Positions 33,974 through 42,700 of a DNA stretch of 64,000 bases are shown here, piece after piece. The stretch's first letter is position 1; each line of letters begins with the position of its first letter. The stretch covers positions 7,905 through 71,904 of the forward strand of contig JACPDI010000029.1 in assembly GCA_016184105.1 (NCBI GenBank). The letters are read 5' to 3'. Source of the stretch: Acidobacteriota bacterium (GTDB lineage Bacteria; Acidobacteriota; Vicinamibacteria; Vicinamibacterales; 2-12-FULL-66-21). Position numbers and translations under genes: made by a program. The notes beneath the pieces were generated by a model, which did not search any database, was not told the origin of the DNA, and saw only the letters and a list, made by a program, of their open reading frames with translations.

Positions 33974-36172
33974 ATGTTGTCGCACCACTCCGCCACGGTT
34001 CTGACGTGCGCCGGCCTGTGCGTGTTCGCTGTCACTCCCCCGGTGGCGGTCGCGCAGGCGACGGTACCGCTGGAACCGCGGCGGGAAATCCGCGCGGCGG
34101 CCGCGCCAGCCGCGCCGGTCATCGACGGCCAGCTGGATGAACCGCTCTGGCGGGACGCCGCCGAAACCGGCGGGTTCGTGCAGCGCGAGCCGCGCGAGGG
34201 CACCGCAGCGTCCGAACGCACCACCGTCCGCATCGCCGCCGGCGACCACGCCATCTATTTCGGGATCGTGCTGGAAGATTCCGAACCCGAGCGGGTCACG
34301 GCGGCGTTGCACGGCCGCGATCTCTGGAAGCTCACGGGACTGTGGGATTACGCAGGTCCCGACGATTCGATCGCCATCCTGCTCGACACCTTCCGCGACG
34401 GCCGCAACGGGTACTACTTCGCCGTGAACCCCAACGGCGCGATGACCGACGCGCTGATCACCGGGGAGGGCCTCAACAGGAACTTCGAATGGGACGGGGT
34501 CTGGCGCGCCGCCGCCCGGAGGCATGCGGGGGGCTGGACCGCGGAAATCGCGATCCCCTTCAGCACCCTGCGCTATCCCGCCGCCAGCGACGACACCGGA
34601 CTGGCGTTCGGGCTGAACCTGCAGCGGGTGATCCGGCGGAAGAACGAAGAATCGTTCTGGGCACCCGTCGAGCTGTCCGGCACGCTGTGGTGGTTTTCCC
34701 GGGCTGGACGGCTGGCGGGGCTGCTGCCGCGCCAGCAGGGGCGCGTGGCGGAGGTCAAACCCTTCGTCGTGGCCCGCGCGTCGCGCACGGCGGCCGCCGC
34801 GACCGATGCCGACTTCCAGCCCGGCATCGACGTGAGGCTCGGGCTCACGTCGAGCGTCACGCTCGATGTCACCGCCAACACGGATTTCGCGCAGGTGGAA
34901 GTCGATGACGAACAGATCAACTTCACCCGCTTCAGCCTGTACTTTCCGGAAAAACGCGAGTTCTTTCTCGAGGGGGCTGGCGTCTTCAACTTCGGGTTCC
35001 GCAACGAGTCGAAGCTGTTTTTCAGCCGAAGAATCGGACTGGACGCGGGCGGGCGTGAAGTGCCGATGCTGGCCGGCGCGCGGGCGAGCGGCCGCGCGGG
35101 CCCATACGAGTTCGGCGCCATCGCCGCCCGCACGGGGAAGACCGCCAGCGTGCGGGACGCGACGCAAAGCGTCCTGCGCGTCCGCCGCCAGTTGTTCGGC
35201 CGCTCGTCGGTGGGCGCGATGCTCACCGATGTGCGGTCGGAGGGGGCCGGGAACCGGGTCGTCGGCATCGACAGCGACCTCACGATGTTCCGCTACATGA
35301 CGGTCAACAGCTTCTGGGCCGGAACGTTCCCGTCAGCCGGGGACGGGAAGCAGGCGTTCGCGACGAACATCTACGCGCACTGGGACACGGACGCGCTCGG
35401 GATTCAGTACATCTTTCACGACTTCGACGCCGGTTTCACCCCCGCGCTCGGCTTTTTCCCGCGCGTGGGCGTCCGCCGCCAGTCGCCCGGCGGCCGGGTG
35501 GCCTGGCGGCCGCAGCGCGGTCCCGTCCGCCGCTACTTGATCCGCACCACGCTCGACTGGTTTCACGACGAAGCCGGGCGGCAGCGGACGCGCGCGCACA
35601 TGACGCAGCTGATTGTCACGCTCCAGAACGGCGACGAGCTGCTCGTGCAGGGAAACCACAACACCGAGACGCCGGAGCGGTCGTTCGTGGTCGGCCGGAA
35701 CACGGTCGTGCCGGCCAACGCGTACCGGTTCGAGCGCGGGCAGATCCGCTACGCGGCCAGCCCCGGACGGCGCTACGCCGCCACGGGATCGTATTCGTGG
35801 GGAGGCTTCTACGGGGGAACGCGGCAGCAGGTCCAGTTGAGCGCCACCGCGAAGGTCACCGACCACTTCGCGCTCCTGCCGTCCTACGAGCGCAATGACG
35901 TCCGGCTCCCGTTCGGGCATTTCACCGCGACGCTGGCCGGCGTCCGCCTGAACTACAGCGCGTCGAACCGGGTCATCTCCAACACCTTCGTGCAGTACAA
36001 CAACATCACCCGCCGTCTCACCGCGAACTTCCGCCTGGACCTGATCTACCGGCCAAACAGCCACGTGTACGTTGTCGTGAACGACACGCGCGATGTCGGG
36101 ATGACGCCATTCGAGGCGATCACGCGCGACCGCGCGATCATCCTGAAGGTCGTCCACCTGCTGAAGCGCTAG
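33974..36172 (+). CDS. DUF5916 / carbohydrate-binding-family-9-like domain protein, probably outer membrane
   Basis: The N-terminal IDGQLDEPLWRDAAETGGFVQREPREG is typical of CBM9-like/DUF5916 proteins. A beta-rich remainder follows a signal-like N-terminus. Confidence 0.65.
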   Translation: MLSHHSATVLTCAGLCVFAVTPPVAVAQATVPLEPRREIRAAAAPAAPVIDGQLDEPLWRDAAETGGFVQREPREGTAASERTTVRIAAGDHAIYFGIVLEDSEPERVTAALHGRDLWKLTGLWDYAGPDDSIAILLDTFRDGRNGYYFAVNPNGAMTDALITGEGLNRNFEWDGVWRAAARRHAGGWTAEIAIPFSTLRYPAASDDTGLAFGLNLQRVIRRKNEESFWAPVELSGTLWWFSRAGRLAGLLPRQQGRVAEVKPFVVARASRTAAAATDADFQPGIDVRLGLTSSVTLDVTANTDFAQVEVDDEQINFTRFSLYFPEKREFFLEGAGVFNFGFRNESKLFFSRRIGLDAGGREVPMLAGARASGRAGPYEFGAIAARTGKTASVRDATQSVLRVRRQLFGRSSVGAMLTDVRSEGAGNRVVGIDSDLTMFRYMTVNSFWAGTFPSAGDGKQAFATNIYAHWDTDALGIQYIFHDFDAGFTPALGFFPRVGVRRQSPGGRVAWRPQRGPVRRYLIRTTLDWFHDEAGRQRTRAHMTQLIVTLQNGDELLVQGNHNTETPERSFVVGRNTVVPANAYRFERGQIRYAASPGRRYAATGSYSWGGFYGGTRQQVQLSATAKVTDHFALLPSYERNDVRLPFGHFTATLAGVRLNYSASNRVISNTFVQYNNITRRLTANFRLDLIYRPNSHVYVVVNDTRDVGMTPFEAITRDRAIILKVVHLLKR

Positions 36173-37050
36173 GGCACGCCGCGCGGCGGGGGCTCGATGT
36201 GGATGATCGCGTCCGCGATCTGCGGAAACTTCGCGATCAGCGTGTCCTTCACGACGTGAGAAACGTGGTGCGCGTGCGCCAGGGGCGCGTCGCCGCTCAT
36301 CCAGACGTGCAGATCCAGGAACACGTGATCGGCCGACCCGCGCGTGCGGATGTGGTGGCAGCCCATGACGTCCGGCACGCTCATGACGACGTCGCGGATG
36401 TCCGATTCGTCCATGACGAAGCGGTCCGAGAGAATCCGCGCCGTATCGCGCGCGATCTGCAGGCCGGCCAGCGCGATGAAGAAGGCGACGACGAGGCCCC
36501 CGATCGGGTCGAGGATCGGGTAGCCGAGCCGCACGCCCACCAGCGAGGCGATGACGCCGAGCGACGTGTACACGTCGCTGCGCGTGTGCATCGCGTCGGC
36601 CAGCAGCAGCTCGCTCGAGAGCTGCCGTCCCTTGCGCCGCTCGTAGGCCACCACCGCGAGGTTGACCGCGACGGTGGCCGTCATCACGACGAAGCTCGTG
36701 CTCGTGACGGTCGCCGCCGCGCCATGCCGCAGATGCGCAAGGGCGGTCCGGACCACCTCCTCGACGACGAGGATCAGCGATACGAAGATGCCGGCGGCGG
36801 TCAGCGTCTCGTACTTGCGGTGGCCGTACGGATGATCGAGGTCCGGCGGCTTGCGCGCCGCGCGCAAGCCGACCAGGCCGATCACGTTCGAGAAGCTGTC
36901 GGTCAGGGAGTGGTAGCCGTCGGAGATGATGGCGACCGACTGCGTGGCATATCCGAAGGCAATCTTCGCCAGCGCGACGCTGAGGTTCGCGGCCAGTACC
37001 CCGAGCAGGACGCGGGAAACCGCGCGGTATCGCTCAGCGGAGTGCGGCAA
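36169..37050 (-). CDS. Cation diffusion facilitator (CDF) family metal efflux transporter
   Basis: Six TM segments, SDGYHSLTDS and ADAMHTRSD metal-site motifs, and a C-terminal cytoplasmic domain (HHIRTRGSADHVFLDLHV). Confidence 0.9.
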   Translation of the reverse strand: MPHSAERYRAVSRVLLGVLAANLSVALAKIAFGYATQSVAIISDGYHSLTDSFSNVIGLVGLRAARKPPDLDHPYGHRKYETLTAAGIFVSLILVVEEVVRTALAHLRHGAAATVTSTSFVVMTATVAVNLAVVAYERRKGRQLSSELLLADAMHTRSDVYTSLGVIASLVGVRLGYPILDPIGGLVVAFFIALAGLQIARDTARILSDRFVMDESDIRDVVMSVPDVMGCHHIRTRGSADHVFLDLHVWMSGDAPLAHAHHVSHVVKDTLIAKFPQIADAIIHIEPPPRGVP

Positions 37051-37653
37051 TTAGAAAATACGCGCTTTCGGGATGGGCCACCATCGCAGCTGGACCTTGC
37101 CGATGATGTATTTCTTCGGCACCATGCCCCAGTGCCGGCTGTCGGAGCTGTTGTTCCGATGGTCGCCCATGACGAAGTAATAGCCCTCCGGGATCACCAG
37201 CGGGCCCAGATCTTCGTGGCTGCGGTACTCGGCCGGGACATACTCGTCGTTGATGAGCACCTCGTTCCGGTACACGCGGCCGTTGACGATCCGCACCACG
37301 TCGTTCTCCTCGGCGATCACCCGCTTGACGAACGACTTGTTGGGATCGATCGGGTAGTAGAGCATCACGATGTCCCCCACCTGCGGGTCGTGCAGGCGGT
37401 AGGACAGCTTGCTGACGATCAGCCGATCCTGGTCGGCGAGCGTGGGCGCCATGCTCTGGCCCTCCACCCGTGCCACCTGCACGCCGAACGTGACGATGAG
37501 CGTCGCGTAGACGGCCGCCGACGCCAGCGTCTTGAACCAGGCGAGGACCTCGTCACCGACCCGCAACAGCAGGTCGCGCGGGCGGTCCAGCGACAGCCGT
37601 CCCTCCCTGCCGGGATCGACACCCGTCAGGACGGGAACCTCCATCGCTCCCAC
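37051..37653 (-). CDS. lepB: Signal peptidase I
   Basis: EGQSMAPTL (catalytic Ser), FVKRVIA (catalytic Lys), GDHRNNSSDSRHWG. Confidence 0.9.
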   Translation of the reverse strand: MGAMEVPVLTGVDPGREGRLSLDRPRDLLLRVGDEVLAWFKTLASAAVYATLIVTFGVQVARVEGQSMAPTLADQDRLIVSKLSYRLHDPQVGDIVMLYYPIDPNKSFVKRVIAEENDVVRIVNGRVYRNEVLINDEYVPAEYRSHEDLGPLVIPEGYYFVMGDHRNNSSDSRHWGMVPKKYIIGKVQLRWWPIPKARIF

Positions 37654-37676
37654 GCCGGGCGCTTCAAACCGCGGGT

Positions 37677-38471
37677 CTAGAGTCTCAGGTACTCCCGCAG
37701 ACGCCTCGTCTGGGCGCGGCTGACGGGGATCTCCGTGGCCTTCGCGTCCTTCATCTTGAGGATGTAGTTCCGGCTGAACCAGGGCACTATCTCCTTTATC
37801 TTGTGTATGTTAACCAAGTGCGACCGGTGTACCCGCCAGAAGACGCCGGGGTCCAGCCGCGCCTGCAGTTCGTCCAGGCTCCGATAGTTAGACGTTCCTG
37901 AGACGCCGTTTGTTACTACCGTTATCGTATCGTCAACGAGCGAGGCGTGCACGATCTCGTCGGCCTGGATGAGCAGGAAGCGCTCGGCGACCTTGATCGC
38001 CACCTGCTCACGCCGGCCGTCCCGCTCGGACAGCATCCGCAGGAGGCGCTCCAGCTCTTCGGTGCCGAGCGGCGGGAGGCCGCGCGGCCGGTCCGCGGCG
38101 AGCCGCCGCCGCACCTTGTCGATCGCCTGGACGAGCCGCTCCGGTTCGACCGGCTTCAGCAGGTAATCGACCGCGCTCACGTCGAAGGCCTCGATCGCGT
38201 ACTGATCGTACGCCGTGACGAACACGAGCTGCGTGCCGGACTCGCGCTGCAGCAGCCGCCTGGCCACCTCGAACCCGTTCAGCCCCGGCATCTGCACGTC
38301 GAGGAGCACCAGATCGGGATCGTGCGCCTCGATGATCTTCAGCGCGTCCACGCCGTTGCCGGCCTGGCCCACGACGTCAACGCCGCCGATGCGCTGCAGC
38401 TGAAAGCACAGCTCGTCACGCGCGAGCTGCTCGTCGTCGACGACCACGACCTGCAGCGCGTCCTGAGTCAT
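37677..38471 (-). CDS. LytR/AlgR-family response regulator (receiver + LytTR DNA-binding domain)
   Basis: VVVVDDE...LLDVQMPGLNG...YLLKP, and the LytTR block FWRVHRSHLVNIHKIKEI. Confidence 0.9.
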   Translation of the reverse strand: MTQDALQVVVVDDEQLARDELCFQLQRIGGVDVVGQAGNGVDALKIIEAHDPDLVLLDVQMPGLNGFEVARRLLQRESGTQLVFVTAYDQYAIEAFDVSAVDYLLKPVEPERLVQAIDKVRRRLAADRPRGLPPLGTEELERLLRMLSERDGRREQVAIKVAERFLLIQADEIVHASLVDDTITVVTNGVSGTSNYRSLDELQARLDPGVFWRVHRSHLVNIHKIKEIVPWFSRNYILKMKDAKATEIPVSRAQTRRLREYLRL

Positions 38472-38472
38472 G

Positions 38473-39720
38473 TTACGCCGTCACCCGCTCCTGGACCAGC
38501 AGCTCGGGAATCTCGATGCGGGCGACGGTGCCCTGACCCGGGTTGCTGTCGAGCTTCAACCGGTAGTTCTTGCCGTAGATCACCTGCAGCCGCTCGTTGA
38601 CGTTCCTGATCCCGATGCCGCCGCGCATCGCGGACTCCAGTCCTTCCATGGGAATCCCGAGCCCGTCGTCGATCACTTCGATGATCGCGTGGCCGTTGTG
38701 GCGGCGCGACCGGATCGTGATCCGGCCGTCTCCCACCTTGCGCGACAACCCGTGCTTGATCGAGTTTTCGACCAGGGGCTGCAGGATCATGCTCGGCACG
38801 ACGACGTCGAGGACGTCGGGGAGCTCCTCGCGGAGCGTGACGAAGTGGTCCTGGCTGCGGAGCAGGCGGCGGAGCAGGCCGGACAGCTTGACGATCAGCG
38901 TGCGCGCCGTTTCCGGCTCGGACCGGATCAGCGAGGAGATCGACGTCAGCGTGTTGAAGAGAAAGTGCGGGTTGATCTGGCTCGCCAGCGCCTCGATCCG
39001 GGCGGCCATCAGCAGCTGTTCCTGTTCCTCGAGGCGGGGCTCGATGCGCGCGCTGTTCCAGATCTTGATCGGGATGGCCACGGCGAGCACGGTGGTGAGG
39101 CACACGAGCGCGAGGAACCAGGCGTTGCTCGGCGCGAGGCAGAAGAGCCGCTCGATCCCGAAGCGGTGGCCGAGCGCCTGCCGGAGCAATTCGAGCGCGA
39201 TGAGCGCGGCAATCAGGAGGATGTGCCAGTCGATCTGGAGCCGTCGCACGAAGCGCCAGGCGTCGCGGTGAAGGCCGGTGAAGAAGAGGGGCGACAGCCG
39301 CCAGATCGTTTCCTTGGGGCAGACCTCGCGCAGCCCGCCGCCCGCAAAGCCGCAGCCGACGGCAAAGGGCAGCGTGATGAACTCGCCGGCGATGGTTGCC
39401 GGGGTGCCCACGAGCGACCCGACGATCGCGCCGGCGTAGGGGCCGGCGATGAGCCCCGCGAGGAACGCTCCCTCGAGCGACAGGTCGAACGCGTTGTAGT
39501 TGAGCAGCAGCCGCGCCACGATGCCGGCGCACAGGGGAATGCCCAGCCCGGCCGCGAACACGAGCCGTTCCGGCCAGTCCCGGCGCTCGGTGAGCAGGAT
39601 CCGGCGGAACCACCGGAAACGGACGAGCATCGTGGTGAGGATGGCGGCCACCGCCAGCTTCACGATGAGCGTCGTCAGCAGGAACTGCTCCGCCGAGAGG
39701 AACTTGGGCTCGTGCTGCAA
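38473..39720 (-). CDS. LytS/YehU-type sensor histidine kinase (5TM-LYT + His_kinase + HATPase)
   Basis: QINPHFLFNTLTSISSLI, LQPLVENSIKHG, DDGLGI, GIGIRNVNERL. The start is uncertain. TTG 39720 avoids overlap with divergent nuoI; ATG 39759 and track start 39834 are alternatives. Confidence 0.78.
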   Translation of the reverse strand: MQHEPKFLSAEQFLLTTLIVKLAVAAILTTMLVRFRWFRRILLTERRDWPERLVFAAGLGIPLCAGIVARLLLNYNAFDLSLEGAFLAGLIAGPYAGAIVGSLVGTPATIAGEFITLPFAVGCGFAGGGLREVCPKETIWRLSPLFFTGLHRDAWRFVRRLQIDWHILLIAALIALELLRQALGHRFGIERLFCLAPSNAWFLALVCLTTVLAVAIPIKIWNSARIEPRLEEQEQLLMAARIEALASQINPHFLFNTLTSISSLIRSEPETARTLIVKLSGLLRRLLRSQDHFVTLREELPDVLDVVVPSMILQPLVENSIKHGLSRKVGDGRITIRSRRHNGHAIIEVIDDGLGIPMEGLESAMRGGIGIRNVNERLQVIYGKNYRLKLDSNPGQGTVARIEIPELLVQERVTA

Positions 39721-39727
39721 GTCCTTA

Positions 39728-39733
39728 TATGAT
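39728..39733 (+). promoter_or_regulatory. -10 element TATGAT, 6 nt upstream of the nuoI ATG (leaderless geometry)
   Basis: ttaTATGATagctggATG. The ATG is at 39740. Confidence 0.35.
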
Positions 39734-39739
39734 AGCTGG

Positions 39740-40171
39740 ATGATCCGGCCGCTGCTCATCGGGTTCGCGACGACCCTCAAACACATCTTCCGGAAGCCCA
39801 TTACGGTCCAGTACCCGGACGGGAAGATGCCCATGTTCCCGAAATACCGCGGGAAACAGGTGCTGATGCGGGACGAGAACGATCTGGAGAAGTGCGTCGC
39901 GTGCGGGCTGTGCGCGGTGGCGTGCCCGTCGGACGCGATTTACCTCGAGGCGGCGGAAAACGACGGCACGGTGAAGGCCGGCCCGCGCTACGCCAGCATC
40001 TACCAGATCCACAAGACGCGGTGCATTTTCTGCGGCTACTGCGAGGAAGCCTGCCCGGTTTCCGCCGTGTTCATGGGCAAGGACTACGAGCTGGCGGTGT
40101 ACAGCAAGGACGACTTCATCTGGGACAAGCAGGATCTGCTCGTGCCTCCGTCGGCGGCAAAGACGGCGTAG
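39740..40171 (+). CDS. nuoI: NADH-quinone oxidoreductase subunit I-like 2x[4Fe-4S] ferredoxin
   Basis: FRKPITVQYPDGKMPMFPKYRG, CVACGLCAVACP, CIFCGYCEEACP. Confidence 0.82.
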   Translation: MIRPLLIGFATTLKHIFRKPITVQYPDGKMPMFPKYRGKQVLMRDENDLEKCVACGLCAVACPSDAIYLEAAENDGTVKAGPRYASIYQIHKTRCIFCGYCEEACPVSAVFMGKDYELAVYSKDDFIWDKQDLLVPPSAAKTA

Positions 40172-40206
40172 TGGTCAGTGGCCAGTGATCAGTGGCCAGT
40201 GGTCAG
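40171..40206. repeat. 14-bp tandem repeat TCAGTGGCCAGTG(A/G), about 2.6 copies
   Basis: gtgg|tcagtggccagtga|tcagtggccagtgg|tcag, between the nuoI stop and the metallophosphoesterase start. Confidence 0.85.
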
Positions 40207-40878
40207 CTCGGTGCCCTCGGCGACATCCATAAAGACTGGCCGTCGGTGCGCCGGATCATGGCGCGCCACCCCGAAATTCCCGCCTGGCTCTGCGTCGGCG
40301 ATCTCGGTGACGACGAGGGGATCTACGAGGACGTTCCGGCGCCGCTGTACTGGATCAAAGGCAACAACGAGTGGTTCGATTACCTCGCCGCACACGCGCA
40401 CGATGCGCGCGGGAACCTCGTGTACGTGCCGAACGGCACGCTCGCCGAGGTGGCAGGCGTCCGGGTCGTGGGCGTGGGTGGCACCTTCGCGCCCACGTGG
40501 TATGACGCGGATCCGGCCGCGCTGCCGCATCCCCGGAAGAGGACAATGAAGGCGACGGCGCTCGCCGACAAGCGGCGCCATTTTGTGAAGGCGGAAGTCG
40601 AGGCGGCCAAGGCGCTAGGCCGGCAGATGCGGGTGGACGTCCTGCTCACTCACGAGGCCCCGCGGCCGTTCCGCGTGGGTCGCATGGATGCCGGCAAGGC
40701 GCCGATAAATGAATTGATCGCCGCCATCAGGCCCCGGCTGCATCTGTTCGGCCACCACCACCGGTTCGACGAGCGGGAGGTGGAGAGCACGCGGTCGATC
40801 TGCCTGGACCTGGTTTCGCGTTCGTACCTGCTGCTGGATCCGAGGACGTGGGAATACGAGAAATTGGTGATTTGGTGA
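40192..40878 (+). CDS. Metallophosphoesterase (calcineurin-like)
   Basis: GDIH, VGDLGDD, IKGNNE, LLTHEAP, LFGHHHRF. Confidence 0.8.
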   Translation: MASGQLGALGDIHKDWPSVRRIMARHPEIPAWLCVGDLGDDEGIYEDVPAPLYWIKGNNEWFDYLAAHAHDARGNLVYVPNGTLAEVAGVRVVGVGGTFAPTWYDADPAALPHPRKRTMKATALADKRRHFVKAEVEAAKALGRQMRVDVLLTHEAPRPFRVGRMDAGKAPINELIAAIRPRLHLFGHHHRFDEREVESTRSICLDLVSRSYLLLDPRTWEYEKLVIW

Positions 40879-40895
40879 TTTCGTGATTTCGTAAT
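40864..40895. repeat. 8-bp tandem repeat, 4 copies (TTGGTGAT TTGGTGAT TTCGTGAT TTCGTAAT)
   Basis: Read directly from the sequence. It spans the stop codon of the metallophosphoesterase gene. Confidence 0.85.
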
Positions 40896-40924
40896 CTGGA
40901 CCACATTACCAAACTACGAACTTC

Positions 40925-42700
40925 ATGACTGCGAAGTCCTTCATCGACGAAATCGACAGGCGCGTCCTGGTCTGCGACGGCGCGACGGGGACGATGCTGT
41001 ACGCGAAGGGCATCTTCCTGAACCGGTCGTTCGACGAGTTGAACCTGACGCAGCCGGACCTGGTGGCGGAGGTGCACCAGGCGTACGTTCGCGCGGGGGC
41101 CGACCTCATCGAGACGAACACGTTCGGCGCGAACCGGATCAAGCTCGGGTCCTTCGGCCTGGCGGACCGCGTGCACACGATCAACGCGCAGGGGGCGCGC
41201 ATCGCGCGACACGCCGCGCGCGAGCAGGCGTTCGTGGCCGGCGCGATCGGGCCGCTCGGCATCCGCATCGAGCCGTGGGGCAAGACGGGCGTGGACGAAG
41301 CGGAGGAGTACTTCCGGGAGCAGGCGAGGGCGCTGCACGAAGGCGGGGTGGATCTGTTCATCCTCGAGACGTTCCGTGACCTCAACGAGATTCGCGCGGC
41401 GATCCGCGCCGTGCGCAGCGTGTGCGATCTGCCGGTCGTCGCGCAGATGACGACCGAGGAAGACGGCAACACGCTCGATGGCGCGCCCCCCGAGTCGTTC
41501 GCGCCGGCGCTGGAGGCCGAAGGGGCGGCGGTGATTGGCGTCAATTGCAGCGTCGGCCCCGCGGCGATGCTCGAGACCATCGAGCGGATCGCGCAGACCA
41601 CGCACGCCCGCCTGGCGGCGCAGCCGAACGCGGGACGGCCTCGCGACATCGAAGGGCGCAACATCTATCTCTGTTCCCCTGAATACATGGCGTCGTACGC
41701 CCGGCGCTTCATCGTCAACGGCGTGAAGCTGGTGGGGGGCTGCTGCGGGACGACGCCCGAGCACATCCGGCAGATCAAGCAGGCGGTGCGCGCGCTGGCG
41801 CCGCCGGGATCGCGCGCCGTCGCGACCGCGCCGAAATCGGCGCCCGCGGTGGCCGTCGTGCCGGTCGAGCGGGCGGAGAAGTCGCGGATGGCGAACGCGC
41901 TCGCGCGCGGCACGTTCGTCGTGAGCGTGGAGCTGGTGCCGCCGCGCGGTTATCGTACCGACGATGTGGTGGCGCAGGCACGCGCGCTCAAGATCCACGG
42001 CATCGATCTGGTCAACGTGCCGGACGGTCCGCTGGCCAGCGCGCGGATGAGCGCGCTCGCCGTCTCGGTGCTGGTCCAGCAGCAGTGCGGGCTCGAGCCG
42101 ATCCTGCATTACGCGTGTCGCGATCGGAACCTGCTCGGCATGCAGTCAGACCTGCTCGGCGCGCACGCGATGGGCATCCGCAACGTCCTGCTCATCACCG
42201 GCGATCCGCCGAAGGTGGGGGACTATCCGGACGCGACGGCGGTGTTCGACGTGGATTCGATCGGCCTCACCAACGTCGTCACGCGCCTGAACCAGGGGCT
42301 CGACATCGGCGGGCAGCCGATCGGGCAGGCGACCTCGTTCCACATCGGCGTGGCGCTGAACCCTGCGGCGCCGAACCTGGACGACGAGATCCGCCGGTTC
42401 AACTACAAGCTCGAAGCGGGGGCGGAGTTCGCGATCACGCAGCCGGTGTACGACGTGGCGCAGGTCGAGCGCGTGCTGGCCAGGATCCCGCGGCAGCAGA
42501 TCCCGATCCTGGCCGGCCTGACGCCGTTCGAGAGCGTTCGGCACGCCGAGTTCCTGGCCAACGAGGTGCCCGGGGTGTACGTGCCGGACGCGCTGCTCGA
42601 CCGGATGCGGGCGGCCGAGGCCGCCGGACGGGCCGCTGCGCGGGATGGTGAAGGGTCTGCAAATCAGCGTGGCGCCGGCGGCGGTGCCGGACGTCCTTGA
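40925..42700 (+). CDS. Bifunctional homocysteine S-methyltransferase / 5,10-methylenetetrahydrofolate reductase (YitJ-like); the 3' end is probably frameshifted
   Basis: VLVCDGATGTML, ETNTFGANR, IGVNCSVGP, GGCCGTTPEHI (Hcy-binding domain). This is followed by an MTHFR domain (FVVSVELVPPRG, VNVPDG, ITGDPP). The native-looking C-terminus continues in another frame to 42725. Confidence 0.82.
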   Translation: MTAKSFIDEIDRRVLVCDGATGTMLYAKGIFLNRSFDELNLTQPDLVAEVHQAYVRAGADLIETNTFGANRIKLGSFGLADRVHTINAQGARIARHAAREQAFVAGAIGPLGIRIEPWGKTGVDEAEEYFREQARALHEGGVDLFILETFRDLNEIRAAIRAVRSVCDLPVVAQMTTEEDGNTLDGAPPESFAPALEAEGAAVIGVNCSVGPAAMLETIERIAQTTHARLAAQPNAGRPRDIEGRNIYLCSPEYMASYARRFIVNGVKLVGGCCGTTPEHIRQIKQAVRALAPPGSRAVATAPKSAPAVAVVPVERAEKSRMANALARGTFVVSVELVPPRGYRTDDVVAQARALKIHGIDLVNVPDGPLASARMSALAVSVLVQQQCGLEPILHYACRDRNLLGMQSDLLGAHAMGIRNVLLITGDPPKVGDYPDATAVFDVDSIGLTNVVTRLNQGLDIGGQPIGQATSFHIGVALNPAAPNLDDEIRRFNYKLEAGAEFAITQPVYDVAQVERVLARIPRQQIPILAGLTPFESVRHAEFLANEVPGVYVPDALLDRMRAAEAAGRAAARDGEGSANQRGAGGGAGRP

